A stretch of 63,333 nucleotides of DNA, the filler included, from Dimorphilus gyrociliatus (lineage: Eukaryota > Animalia > Annelida): NCBI GenBank assembly GCA_904063045.1. It is 4 parts of 4 records of this genome, joined end to end, with 100 filler letters (N's around TTAATTAATTAA, not from the genome) between each part and the next. Parts side by side here need not be neighbours in the genome. Positions count along the whole stretch, not along the records: positions 31,962 to 46,489 come from CAJFCJ010000066.1; positions 46,590 to 59,723 come from CAJFCJ010000205.1; 2 more parts are not named here. One strand, given 5' to 3'. Position numbers and translations under genes: made by a program. The notes under the pieces were generated by a model. That model ran no database searches, had not been told where the DNA came from, and saw only the letters and a list, made by a program, of their open reading frames with translations. Below are positions 39,052 to 51,640 of the stretch, in pieces; position 1 is the first letter of the stretch; each line of letters begins with the position of its first letter.

Positions 39052-41026
39052 TTATTGAGCTACTAAATAAAGTTCAGAACACTTTAGTAGAACTTCTGAT
39101 GAAGTAATTTCATGCTGTTCAAATCTTTCCCAAATTGAAAATATTTTATTTTGCAGGTTCTTATAAAGCTTTCTTTGGTATCTTAATATCTTCTTTTCTG
39201 ATAACATTCTTTGATATGCTGGTATAAGGTCTGCTTCCCTTTTCAATTCATCTATCACAGAATAAAATGAAACATTCACTCCAACATTTCCATTCAACCT
39301 ATTGTGAAATCCCTCAACATCATTATTTGTTCTGATTGCACATTGATAGATAGACCAACGTTTTGGTGACCAAACATCATTCAAAATCCAAGTTCTTTCA
39401 AAATAATCAATAAAATCAGCAAGTTTATCAATTGATTTAAGGTAATCCTTAATTTTAATAAACTCTATTGGAATAATGTGAGATGGAAGGAATGGCAAAG
39501 CCATTAGCTGTCTCATTTCAAACCATTGTCCATTTTTTTTGTTGAAGTCTGATGAATAACCAAGCTCCTAAAAAAACAAAATTAAAAATGACTCCAGTTT
39601 GAGTTTTAGTTGAATAATACCTGAATTTTTCTATAAACTGCTTGATTCCAATGGAATAAGCATCCTGACAGATTTACATTTTCCCAATTATTTAATACAG
39701 CTTTCCAAACAGCTTTTTCAAAATCCATAACTATCTTTTTTGGTTCCTTATATTGTAGCAGTTGATTAATGCACTGAAAAACAGTGAAATGAATATTAAA
39801 TGCATTTCAGAGAAAATTTCAAGTTGAACTACCTTGAATAACAGATTATATGCTTTTTTCTTTTTTGATGACATGAATGCATATAGAAGAGGAACCTGTT
39901 TTAATTCACCTTCTTTTTTGAGGAATGAGTGAAATAAAAATAACTGTGTAAATGGGTCCTTAACAATCTTGAAAGTTCCATCTAAGTACCAGACTTTTGA
40001 CCCTGCAAGTAAGCTAAGTTGTTTTGAAGTGGAAAAAATAATCACTCTTTCATTATTTTCAACGACATCTTTCTTTAAGAAATCATCAGGAATGAAGCAA
40101 TTATTAATAAGAAAGTTTCTTCCAATAGGTTCATTGGGACGATTTTTTCTTCTATGGTAATTTATCATTTCTTTGCAATTTTCAACTTTTACAATATTTC
40201 CCATATTTGCAAAATGAAGCAGAACATTTTCAGCTATTCGTTTTCCACTAACATTGGTGTCAGTCTTTCCTTTTTGTTTTGCTGTCACTTTCATTTCAAT
40301 AATTTGTTCTAAATTTTTTTTGGGGGGGTGAATATGATATTTAGACTCCAAAGAGAAGTTATTATTTCTTTGAATGACACTGGCAGGACATTTCATTTTC
40401 TTGCTTCTAACTCCACATCTCCAAATTATGGAAGTCTTGTCTTTTCTTTTGACAACAAATGAGTGACCATTAGATACAAGTAATTCTTTGCCTTTTTGAC
40501 TTCCTGTAGGGAATATTCTGAATTTACCATTGCTGTCATAGTTCACCTCTGGTATACTTTCAAAGGACTCCTCCATATTGATATCATTCTCATTCAAATG
40601 TAATGTATTTCCATGCAGAGGGCTGCTTTCACTAAGATTATTATCAAGCCTGTACTCTGCATCACAATTCAGTGTTTCAATAAGGGTAACCACTTCTTCA
40701 TGATCAACATCCATTATTATATTTTGCACATCTATCTCTTCTCTTGTATGATTTAGATCTATATTTTCAGCATTTGAGACTTTATTGGTAGATTTATCTT
40801 GTAAAATTTCATCACATTTGCTCAGAATAATTCTGATTCTTTTTTTATCAACACTTGAACATATAGAACATAATCCATCTACAAAAGAAAGAGCTTAGTT
40901 TACATTAAAATCAATTTGGATCTTACCTGATAAACAAGCCCAATGGACTTTATGATGACAAAGTGAACGAACACCTTGCTTCAGCTTATTAATCTTTTTC
41001 TTACATCCAAAACAATATGGTAGCAT
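39052..41026 (-). CDS. Spliced PHD-FLYWCH-MULE (Mutator-like) transposase, reading frame apparently intact
   Basis: Exons 41026-40927, 40878-39833, 39773-39621 and 39567-39052 splice in phase with GT-AG sites. Motifs WYLDGTFK, VMDFE, GCLFHW, RTNNDVEGFHNRL and a FLYWCH finger. Confidence 0.88.
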
Positions 41027-41061
41027 TGTGGCAAAAATCTCCTTTGAGCTGCTTTAACCTA

Positions 41062-42396
41062 TTGAAAATGGGAACAGGGAAAGTTTTCTCTAGGAAGAAC
41101 TTCTCATGTGTTTAATATACAGTCCCAGCAAAAAATCTATATATCTCAACTCTAGAAATATATCTCTAGAAATATTCTCCAGAAATATATCTCAACTTTG
41201 AATGAGCATCTACTGCCTATCTATAAAAGTGTCTAAATCTTTTTTGAGAAAAAACAAAATGAAATATTTAAAAGATTGGCCAGCACAAAGTCCAGACTAG
41301 AACATTATAGAGAACCTCTGGGCAGCTCAAACAGAGAGTTTACAAGAGAATTCCAAAAAATCTGGAGGATTTGAAGGCTATCTTAGAGGAGGAATATTTT
41401 TTGATTTCTGAAGGCTATATAAAAAATTTATATACCTCCATAAAAAAATATCATTCAAAAGAAAGGATATGCCATCAATTATTGAGTCAAATTGACATTT
41501 TTACATTAATTTAAATACATGCCAGAAATTTTACCTCCTTCATTTTTGCAAAATTTTTTGAATAAAAATTACTGGAAAGTAAAACAAATTTTTAAATGAA
41601 TTTTATCTTTAAATTTGGTTCTATAAATGTCTTCTTCATTCTAAATAAAAAAATATAATTAAGCAAGTCCTGTTACTTAAATATTTCACATTTTTCATTT
41701 CAAGAACAATCCTGCCATAGATTTTTTGCTGGGACTGTATATTAAACACATGAGAAGTTCTTCCTAGAGAAAACCTTCCCTGTTCCCATTTTCAACAAAC
41801 CCATAAAAAATTCTTACATAGTTTCTATAGCTTAGTTGAAAAAAAAACCAGAATGAAGGAATGTTAACATTTAATAACATTATTCATGTTTAGTTAATGA
41901 ACTATTTTTGTAATTGTTATTACTTTTTAAGCTTTGACACATCCCTGCTTAAAATTCTTGTCACATTTCATTTCAAACAGGAAGTAATATTTTTAAAAAA
42001 ACATAGGTGTTTTGGCAAAATTTAGTGCTGAATTTGTGAATAAAAAAAGGAAAACTGCCTAATTGCAATTTTTTAAGTGCAAATATGCCTTAAAAAAGGA
42101 ACAAAATGGTATATAAATTGCTTGATCTTGTAAAAAACAATAATCACATTTCAAAGAAATAATAGGAAAAATGTATATAATATAGTTAATGAAAAATAAG
42201 AAATTTATCATAGTTAATAAACTAAACACAACATAAAATGTTGTGGCCCCTTTTATTTGTATCAATAATTTTCTAGAAAATATAAATTTATGCTAAGTAT
42301 TTCTTTTTTTGGTTTTGTTGAAAATGGGAACAGGGAAGGTTTTCTCTAGGAAGAACTTCTCATGTGTTTAATATACAGTCCCAGCAAAAAATCTAT
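41062..42396. repeat. Three 79-bp copies in alternating orientation (41062-41140 +, 41717-41795 -, 42318-42396 +) around a TA-flanked TIR element at 41120-41737
   Basis: TTGAAAATGGGAACAGGGAA(A/G)GTTTTCTCTAGGAAGAACTTCTCATGTGTTTAATATACAGTCCCAGCAAAAAATCTAT, one mismatch seen among the copies. Confidence 0.93.
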
Positions 42397-42789
42397 GATA
42401 AACTGATAATAAATATTTTGGTGTTGAAGAATTAAATTATATTAAAATTAATCAAAATGAAATAATTAAATTACAAACTCCACCAATTCAAATAGTATTA
42501 TTCTGCATAACTGGTAAATAATTTAAAATCAAAATTACAAATCAATTGTTAGAATATTTTTCCTAACCCTTCCCAACCCAAAATCTCACCCCAAAATACC
42601 TGCAAAATGGGCATTTTCAACAGCCCCCTCACAATTGTATTATTGAATGAATAATAAGGACAAACAATTAAATAGGCAAAAAGCAGTATTATTTCTACAA
42701 CTATATCAATTCATTTTTCACATCAAATATTTATGAGAGATATTAAGTTTAAGCTTGGATTCAAAGTTATTTCCATCTTTTCTCACTGG

Positions 42790-43440
42790 TCAGTTTCTTA
42801 TTTCACAAAGTTGCCCACTGAAATCTTTTTTACATGAGCAAAACCAAGAGTATCCAATACTTGAACATGTACCTTTTAAAATAACATGATAATGTTGATT
42901 GTGAAATAATACTCTTCTGATTCTTACCTCCATTTTTGCAATTGATAACTTTCTTACACAAGAAATTAGGTTCACTATAGCTTTGGGATTTAGGACCAGG
43001 AATGCCCTCAGAACCCGTAGTATCCTCAGGACCAATAGAAAAAGGAGTAGATTGTGGATGAACTGTATCAGGTTGATCTGTGTAACCTTTTACAGCAGGA
43101 TTTCTGTGACCTTTAATACCTTTTGCAGCAGGATTTCTGGGACCTTTAACAGCTTTTTTACCAGGGGCTTGTCTGGGACGTTCATTCTCAATATCAAGAC
43201 ACTTAGAATCATCAAACCTATGATTTGGAACTTCATGATCAGGAAGTATTTTACAATGGTTACAATGTTCCCCAAAGAAGCCTTCGTGACACCGACAATG
43301 CCTTGTAGCAGGATATTAAACACATTTCCCTTTTAAAACAAATATTTAAATGTGGATATTGATTATTAATAATCCTTTTCTTACCTCGATTATTACAATA
43401 ACAGTCATTACACAAATTGCCAGGACCATTAAAATGGTGT
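42790..43440 (-). pseudogene. Small EGF-linker-EGF gene with an in-frame stop
   Basis: CNDCYCNNRG|KCV*..CRCHEGFFGEHC; linker with 33-bp repeats (KG.RNPA); CKKVINCKNG|GTC..CSCKKDFSGQLCE. Stop at 43316-43318, intron at 42873-42927. Confidence 0.75.
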
Positions 43441-43924
43441 TTTTATAATATAAGCCAAAATGTTTTAACAATAGTTTAATGGTCTCAAAGCAGCTTATCT
43501 ACTTATATTCTAAATTTAGTTTAATCCAGATGATTTACTCCTGTAGTCTTTTTAGACCTTTTTCATACCTGACAAAGACTTTGTTCAAGCCGAAAAAAAG
43601 CATTTTAGAAAGATCTATTAGGTTTAAAAGATAGATTTAACTGAAAGTTGATTAGGGTGAAATTGTCACATCGATGATGGAAGAAGAAAATAGTTTGTTT
43701 CAAAAACTGAATTGGAATAGAAACCCTTGTTATCTACAGGATGCAAATTATTTTCCAATTTTTGCAAAAGTAGATAGAAGTTCAAGGTCATAAAAAGTAA
43801 TTATACTTATCAGTATTTATTGTTGAATATGTGAAAATTTTAGCATTTCTATACCAAAAATCATTTGAATTGTTAAAAGTAGATTTATCATTTAAAATAA
43901 TATCTTTCTCATTGTCTCTTGAGC

Positions 43925-44360
43925 ATTGGTTTGGCCAATCTATGTGCTTGCAGGTTACAACAGTAATGTTTAAATTAAATGGTTTATATGAAATAAAAAT
44001 ACTTAAACAAGTAACAATAGGAGTTTTGTAATAGCGGGTTACCAAATTACCAAATTTTATCTTTCAATTTTGAGGAGTAGAAGGCTAGCTTCAATTGAGG
44101 GTGTTTCCAAGTGATCTACTAAGGTCCTTGGATCCAGATATAAAAGAATAGAATGATAATAATGAGAATTTATATAATTTGAGGTTTGTCTCTGATATCC
44201 AATCATCACTTTACAGTTTGTCAAACTGTCTAGTTCATATGTATGTTTAGTAATGGGATGTTACAATGTTCAACATTTAGGAAGGTTAATTGAATTATAA
44301 CTTGGCCAAATGTTAACTGGCAATTAAAGATGAACCTTCAAGCTGACTAATCAAGACCTG
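43925..44360 (-). mobile_element. Diverged family-1-like LTR
   Basis: Collinear with 23300-23810, including GAGGTTTGTCTCTGA.ATCCAATCATCACTTTACAGTT and CATTTAGGAAGGTTAATTGAATTATAACTTGGCC. Confidence 0.85.
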
Positions 44361-44593
44361 TTAAGCTGGCTTAACTTGATTATAATGTTACAATTTCATT
44401 AATATATGAATCTCTCCTTCAATACTTGAAATCGGTATTCTCTAACTTTTATCATTTCTTAAATTTTGTATTTTGTTGTATTGAGATTGTAGGTATTTTG
44501 TTACCATTCCATTGAATATTACACCATTCATTATGAGTTATTAGGTCAGATAAATTTTAGATGGTCAGCTTCTTTTGTAAAATGTAACAATTT

Positions 44594-45048
44594 TTATACC
44601 TCTAAGTCATGTAAAATCTTCCTAGCTGTCGCCCTTTCCTTGTTTCTTTTAAGTCTCTTCACGATCCTATTCATTCTTGCTACATCTCTATCTGTGAGTC
44701 TCTTCAGATGACCCCTATTCTCTTGCTTGGGTGGCTTATACCTTAAAGTGTCACTAACTGTAGATGACACCATTCCCAAAGCTCTTGCTGTTTCCCTTAC
44801 TTTTCCTAATTCTTCAAACTTCTGGATTACCAGGTTCCTAACCTCTTTTCCCCTGCCATAATGAATAAATGATATAAAAATAATATAAAGTAGGAAAAAT
44901 AGATAATAAGTAATCAACTTAACTTAGAAAATTAATTTTGTTGAAAAAAATTTCAGTTTTAAAACAAAGATAACATTTTCGGGGTGTTTTAAAAATTGGC
45001 CTATCAAAATTTACAGTGTCCGGGTATTTCAGGCCTTTACTTTATATA
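44594..45048 (-). mobile_element. Tc1-like 5-prime half (terminus plus HTH)
   Basis: VRETARALGMVSSTVSDTL..KRLTDRD..ATARKILHDLEV, paralogous to the 36700-36900 region. Confidence 0.85.
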
Positions 45049-45505
45049 TACAATATATATAGATAGCATTTTACACAAGTCCAGTTTATCTTTTATTGAT
45101 TGCGTAGTGTTCAGTCTTTTTTGTATTACACCAAGAAATAGGTCTATATTTAGATATTTCCTTTAATTTTCATCATTTTCTGTTTTCATTGACACTCAAA
45201 ACGTTTGCTTCAAAGCTAATCTAAATCTAATGTTACAATCTGTATATTTAATATAATACAAGGGATATACTTTGTATTTTGTATTTAAAAAAGAAATCTA
45301 GGAGCGTCGTACCAGTTAAAACATGAATTGAACAGAAATGAATACTTGGTATTTGATTCTCTGGTTTCACATCTATGTTATTCTATCCTAACCTATCCTA
45401 ATTTTCTTCTACACAATCATTCTACCTATCCAGCATACATTCCCAACAAAACAGTAATCTATTCAAATGACAATTTTGATTTCTAAAAATGACAAACATT
45501 TTTTT

Positions 45506-45760
45506 CTATTGTAGACAATTCAATTCGTTTACATCGGTTTTGATAAGTACATATCCATTAATAAAACCCCTACATAATGGGCATTCAGGCTTTGTAAGAC
45601 TAAATATACACTCTTTACAACTAATAACGTGATTACAGGGAAGTATTAAAGTATCTGCTAACTTATTGAAGCAAAGCTTACACTGCAGATCCATTTTAAC
45701 ATCTTGAAATTCTCTTGATTCAGCATTTGATGATTTGTCCAAATTCATATTACAATTTCT
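45506..45760 (-). CDS. C-terminal RING finger exon, IAP/MDM2-like (possibly a pseudogene)
   Basis: CKLCFNKLADTLILPCNHVISCKEC..CPLCR ending just before the stop. Upstream exons not resolved. Confidence 0.7.
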   Translation of the reverse strand, partial: RNCNMNLDKSSNAESREFQDVKMDLQCKLCFNKLADTLILPCNHVISCKECIFSLTKPECPLCRGFINGYVLIKTDVNELNCLQ

Positions 45761-46489
45761 AAGAGGAAAATTGATAAAATTTAAAAGTGTTTCTTCTCAA
45801 ATTTAATGCAGAGGAAGTGACAAAACTGGAAATCAAGCGTCTCCTAAATCAACAAAAACTCCTGGAAATTCATAGAATATAGAATCATACATGTTCTGAA
45901 CTTACTGCTCTAATTATTTGTTAATCATATAACCAGCAAGCAAAATGTGAATAAAATTTTAACGGATGTGGTTGAAACAGTTTACAATTTTATGGTTTTA
46001 ATACAACTTCTAGTCAAATTATGGACATTGTTTTCATTTTTTCATTATTAATATACCTTAGTACATAAAGTTCTATTTTTACAAATTACAATCAATAAAA
46101 TTAATTTTATCATAATTTATTTAGCAATTTTAAATTCTTAACATCAATCAATATCTGGAAAATCTTGTCCTTAAAAATGAGTTTCAATTGAATTGAGTGA
46201 CATCTATAATGTAATAACCATATTCATAAATATTTCCTCATTCACCTCTATCATTAGCTTGGGCTCAATTGGTCAAAGGATTACAAAGTTGAAATCTGAT
46301 TAATTAATAATTAATAATTCTCATGTAACAAAAATATGAAAGACTGTTATGTCACATATATAAAATAAAAGGATTCGACACAAAACATCCTCAAATTTGA
46401 ACAGATACAATGAAATAATTGCATTCTACTCTTTATGATACTACTCACTCTCTGTCATATAAACATATTTTTTCAAAGAACAGTATTAT

Positions 46490-46589
46490 NNNNNNNNNNN
46501 NNNNNNNNNNNNNNNNNNNNNNNNNNNNNNNNNTTAATTAATTAANNNNNNNNNNNNNNNNNNNNNNNNNNNNNNNNNNNNNNNNNNNN
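46490..46589. other. Artificial contig linker
   Basis: N44-TTAATTAATTAA-N44. Confidence 0.97.
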
Positions 46590-49500
46590 AAAGTAAGACT
46601 AATTGAAGATGCGGAGAATTTTCCGTATGAACTACATAAAGAATTGAAATTGAAAACAGACTATATTCTTGAATCGAAATCTTTTGGTCTAATGATTCCA
46701 TTACTGGAGAATTTGCCTATAAGATTTTTAGTTTGCCAATGGATATGTAATGCTACCTCTAAGTTTACAGATGAAAATGGATGCTCTACCTTAAAAATAG
46801 ACTATCCTGTAGGCAGTACACTTTAATACTATAGCATATTATAAAAAAAAACTATCTATCTTTCGAAAGTTGGATGATTTGCCGCCATATTTTACTAGTT
46901 GTGGTCAACTTAACTACCGAACTATATGCATTCAGAATTTCTATAATGAAGGTAGGATATTAAACGTTTTATCTCCGAAATGCATTCAAAACCCTAAACA
47001 GAATAGTAAGTTGAAAAAGTAATTTTTCCAGGCCAATAACAAACATGATAAACTATATTTAAACAAAGCTTTTAGATTGCTTGGAAATGGATCATCGTTA
47101 TATTTCTATGGTAAAATATTCAAAAGTCATTTACCAGTTTTTTCCGGAGTTGTTGAAATATTTCAGTCGAAAGAAAAACAATGGCACAACTTTCAATATT
47201 TAACTTACAGAACTGTACAGATTGTTTGTTCTACTTTCGGTTTCAACTACGGAACAATTGTTGAAAAAAATATTCAAACAAATTACGTTGATGAAGAGCA
47301 TAAACGATATTTAAACTACGAAACAAAATACACTTTTACCAGTTTAACTTGTTCGAATTTAACAATGAAAATGACGCTTCAACATTGTAAGCCGTATGGC
47401 AAATCTTTTCCCAATCCATCCGCTACGTTTCGACACGGTGAAGTAAATCCGAAACATATCTTTCCATTTGTCGTTGAATGCTCTAATAGACTGAGCGAAA
47501 AGTGTATTGGCAAAAATGTTGTTATCATTTACGATAGCTGTTATTTCATTTTTGAAGAGAAAGAAGTAAAAACTGGTAGTGATATGAACAGATTTTGTCA
47601 GAACAAAAATTTAACCCTGGCTGACTATCCATCTTTAAGGCTGCTTTTTATATTTAAATTTTTAAATTTGTATATACGAAACGTATTCAAGTCATTTGCC
47701 AAAAAGCCTGTAACATTTGGAGTTCTATGTATGTATGCGTGTGTGGATATAGAAATAAGATCAAGATTCTTTCTTCCCACTTTTTCCAGATGCGGAAGCT
47801 GATAGAACGAAAGATAATCGAATCACTACAAGAACAACTAGTAATCTTGATATCAGTTTAACCATTATATCATTTCGCCAACAGCGACAACTTGATCTAT
47901 TGGAATATTTTTATCATTTAAATTTTAATGTTGGATTGCAAGATATATTTTGCTATTATCTAGAATTAACTGGTTGGCATAGCAACAATCTAAAACTGGT
48001 AATAAACCAAAGAAAATGTCAAGATAGACTGAGTAATCTCATCATTTGTCAACGAATCTTAAGTAGAGTATTTTGATTTGAATGCTATTGAATCTATTTG
48101 TATATTTTTTGTGTGTGTGAATAGCTATTGACAGAAATTTAATACCTCTACAATTCAATTTCAAAATGGAGGAATTTCCAGAAAATTGTTTCTTTTGCAA
48201 AAAGCATAAAGTATTTTTGAATATATTATACAAGTGCGAAAATGAAAAGTTGAACTGTTCATTGGACAATGCAAATGATAATTGCATAGCCGAAAGAGAC
48301 GATTACGTCTATTGCAATGATGGAGAGCAGAAGATTAAATTTTACTTGGTATGCAATTATAGGAAGGACTGTTTTGACGGCTCTGACGAAAAACATTGCG
48401 GTTAACAAAAATTCAATCCAAACAACCTTGATAGATATTTTCTTCCATTCCAGATTTTCCAGTCTGTGCTCGAGATGAGAGGTAAATTATCAGTAATTAT
48501 TTTACACCTGAAATCTCACCCTAACCGTAACAGAGAATGTAAAAATCATCAATGCATACGCGAGAATCTTGTATGTAACAATGAACTGAATTGTTTTGAT
48601 AGTTCTGATGAAATATGTTCGCACTATACTTCAATTGACAAAAAGTACATATCAGGTGTAGACTTGTTATCTTATATTCTAAACATGACCTCGATTTGGG
48701 ATAATTTCTATCATCATCTTTATAGAATGTCGTGAAGATCTTCAAAGGAAAATCAGAAATATTTGCTATCCTTCCAAATTCTTCTTTAGTCGATTGGACG
48801 AAATAGATGAAAATATTTTCAATGGATCATTCTTCTTTAAACTATCTTCTTACCATTTACCAATTACGGATCTTGTTAATTACTACCAAAATTATATTGG
48901 AAGAACTTCCTGCCCAAAAGGATTCTATTTATGCCACAGAGAAGATTACTGTATTCCTTTCAGTTTATTTTGCGATGGTAGGAACAATTGTTACCAAGGG
49001 GACGATGAAAAAGGCTGCAGTTAGTGGTGTTGTTATTAAATCATTGGCCTCTTTTCATCAGAGTGTTTAACGAATTTCAGATGATGACTTTTTCATAAAA
49101 GGTAATTTTATGTGTTTAGAAGTAAGAAAGTTTTTATTACCCAATCAAATATGCGATAAGAATATTGATTGTTTGGACGGAAGTGACGAAATTCTTTGCG
49201 AAATTCCAATAATTAAATATAAAGGTTGTAAAACGGCAACATCATCTCCACATATTTTGTTCTGCAATTTCAAACATCTACAAATGAATAACAAACATAG
49301 CCAACAAATAATTTCGAATGCAGATTATCTAAGAAAAATAACAGTTATTGGCGAAATATTCAATACCAGTTTATTGTTAAATCCTTTAAATAGTTTAATT
49401 GTTTTAAATATTAGTTTCAGTCCAAAATATTTCAGTGTTAATGCTAAATTACATATTCCAAATATAGTTGTTTTGTATCTAGTCAACAATGAAATTGAAG

Positions 49501-50976
49501 ATGAATATGATATTTTTAAACAAAAATTAAAACTCTTACAAAGATTATCACTTTTAAAAAATCCAATTAAATCTTTATCATTTATCAGTCAAATCAATTG
49601 TTCAAATCTTAGATTTTTGGATATTTCCTCCACAAATATTACAACTTTATCTAGGTTAACTTTTATGAAAATACCATTTCTTCACAGTTTCATTATGAAG
49701 AATTGTTTTATTAAAAATGTTGAAAAAGTTGCTTTCTACCATTTGAATGAATTGAAAATTTTAGATTTGACAAACACCAAAATATCTAGAGAGATTCATA
49801 TTATTCTTGTTCAAACATTGAGGCAATCATTGACAATCTACAATAGATATTCAACACTCTGTTGTCTCATCTTTAAATATAATAGTGCAATTAATTGCAC
49901 ACCATTCCTATTAAACTATCCCTATTGTTCAACAATGTTCAAGTCAACATTGCAGAGGATTGTTTATTGGTGTTTCGGAGTATTTGGCAGTATAGCAAAT
50001 ACAATTTCTGTATTATTAATATTAACTTCTCAAAGATCTTTCCTAACTTTTCAATTTTTAGCAAATATTTCCAGTTTATTAATAGGCCTATATTTTTTAT
50101 TAATTTCAACAGTTGACTCTCACTATAGAGAAAGCTTTGTTGAAAATATCTATCAATGGTTTGATAGTATCTTCTGTCAGGGTTTGGGAACTGCTGTAAC
50201 ATTTTCTCTATTGTTATCAATGACTGCTAATCTATTAATAGCTATAGAAAGGCACAGCGCAGTTGTAAATCCAATGAAAACATCAATCTTTATTATTTAT
50301 AAAAACACTTCCGCAATTATAATTGTTTTCCTTTGTTTGCTGGGATCATTTAGTTTCATTGGGATCAATTGGGTAAATATTGCGCAATAGTTTTGTTTTC
50401 ACTTATACAGCTAACTAATGTCACAGAGGTATCATGGAGAATCAATGTATTGTTTTACAATTTATATTCACAATAAAGGAAAGATGGATGGTTGGATGCT
50501 ATCCGTATTTCTTTTTGGAATATTGACTCCATCCTTGAGCATTTGTATCTTTTCTTTATATCTTCATATAATTCAAATTGTGAAAAGATCGTCAAAAAAA
50601 CTAAAGACACTAAGTGCAAAAAATGGTACTGAAAGAAAAATTAGATTCCGCATTATTCTACTCTCTGTGTCCAGTTTACTAATATGGTTACCTGTTGCAA
50701 TCTTTAGTTATTATTTACTTTTCTTTCATTTTCAAAGCAGTTTGAATGTATTAAAAACAAAAGACTATTTTACTTTCTTTTTCTTTACCAGCTTTTGGTA
50801 GTCTTATTGGAAAACAATCCTTAAGCAACAATTTAAAAAATTGGATAGTATTTTGTCTGCTTTCTCTGAACATGATCATGAATACTGCAGTACTAACATT
50901 AGATGAAATATTAGAAAGAATTGAAAATCTTAAACTAAAATTTATTGGAAAAAGGTACTTTGAATTAAAATGCTGA
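46590..50976 (+). CDS. LDLa-LRR-7TM GPCR paralog 3 with SRCR-like and C-type-lectin-like N-terminal domains; 5-prime end at the contig edge, LDLa-to-TM7 region apparently intact
   Basis: GVVEI..VQIVCSTFGF (SRCR-like), CYFIFE..FCQ..ICQ (CTL-like), about four LDLa modules, LRRs, TM1-7. In-phase short introns were traced from 48400 to the stop at 50974-50976. Confidence 0.85.
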
Positions 50977-51514
50977 CCAGTTTTCAACTATTTAAATGCT
51001 TTAAATAGAAATAATCTGATGGAAGATATCAACATTAGGAACATTCAAAATTGTATTATTTTTTTTTCTTTTTTTTTTAAAAAACAAAAAAAATCAACTT
51101 AAAAATTTGTTCAGTTACTTTACTTTTAGAAAATCAGGAAAAGGATAATATAACATTTACACATCTTCACAATGTTCTTTCTCCTATTCATTTAAACTCA
51201 AATTTCTATTCAAGTTGTGAATTTTTCAACTGTTGCATTTCTATTTCCAATGCTATAGTATCACTACACAATCTGAATCTTTCACTAAAAGGTGGTTTTT
51301 CACTGAATGATGTTTATTATACGATGAATCCAAAAAAGAATTATTTATTGCATATTCGGAAATTGTTTCCAGTGAATTCTGAAAATATAGCAGCTGATAT
51401 ATTCTCTATTGGTAATTTAATAAAGAAACTAATTCAAAAGAAACAGACACTTTTCTGATGGATTATTTAACTTTTTGCTTTCATTTTAATAAAACACTTT
51501 CTGTTGAGCATAAT

Positions 51515-51640
51515 CTTAATATTCAAACTTAGGGCAGAACAATGAACACAACAGACCAAAGTAAACTGGGTGTTTTGGGGAATGTTTTATAGGAGTTTCA
51601 TCCATCCCTTCAATCTTCAACAATAGTTTTAGTAAATTTA
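51515..51640 (-). pseudogene. Possible NACHT remnant
   Basis: LLLKIEGMDE (Walker-B-like) followed by PVYFGLLCSLFC. Short and collapsed. Confidence 0.3.
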
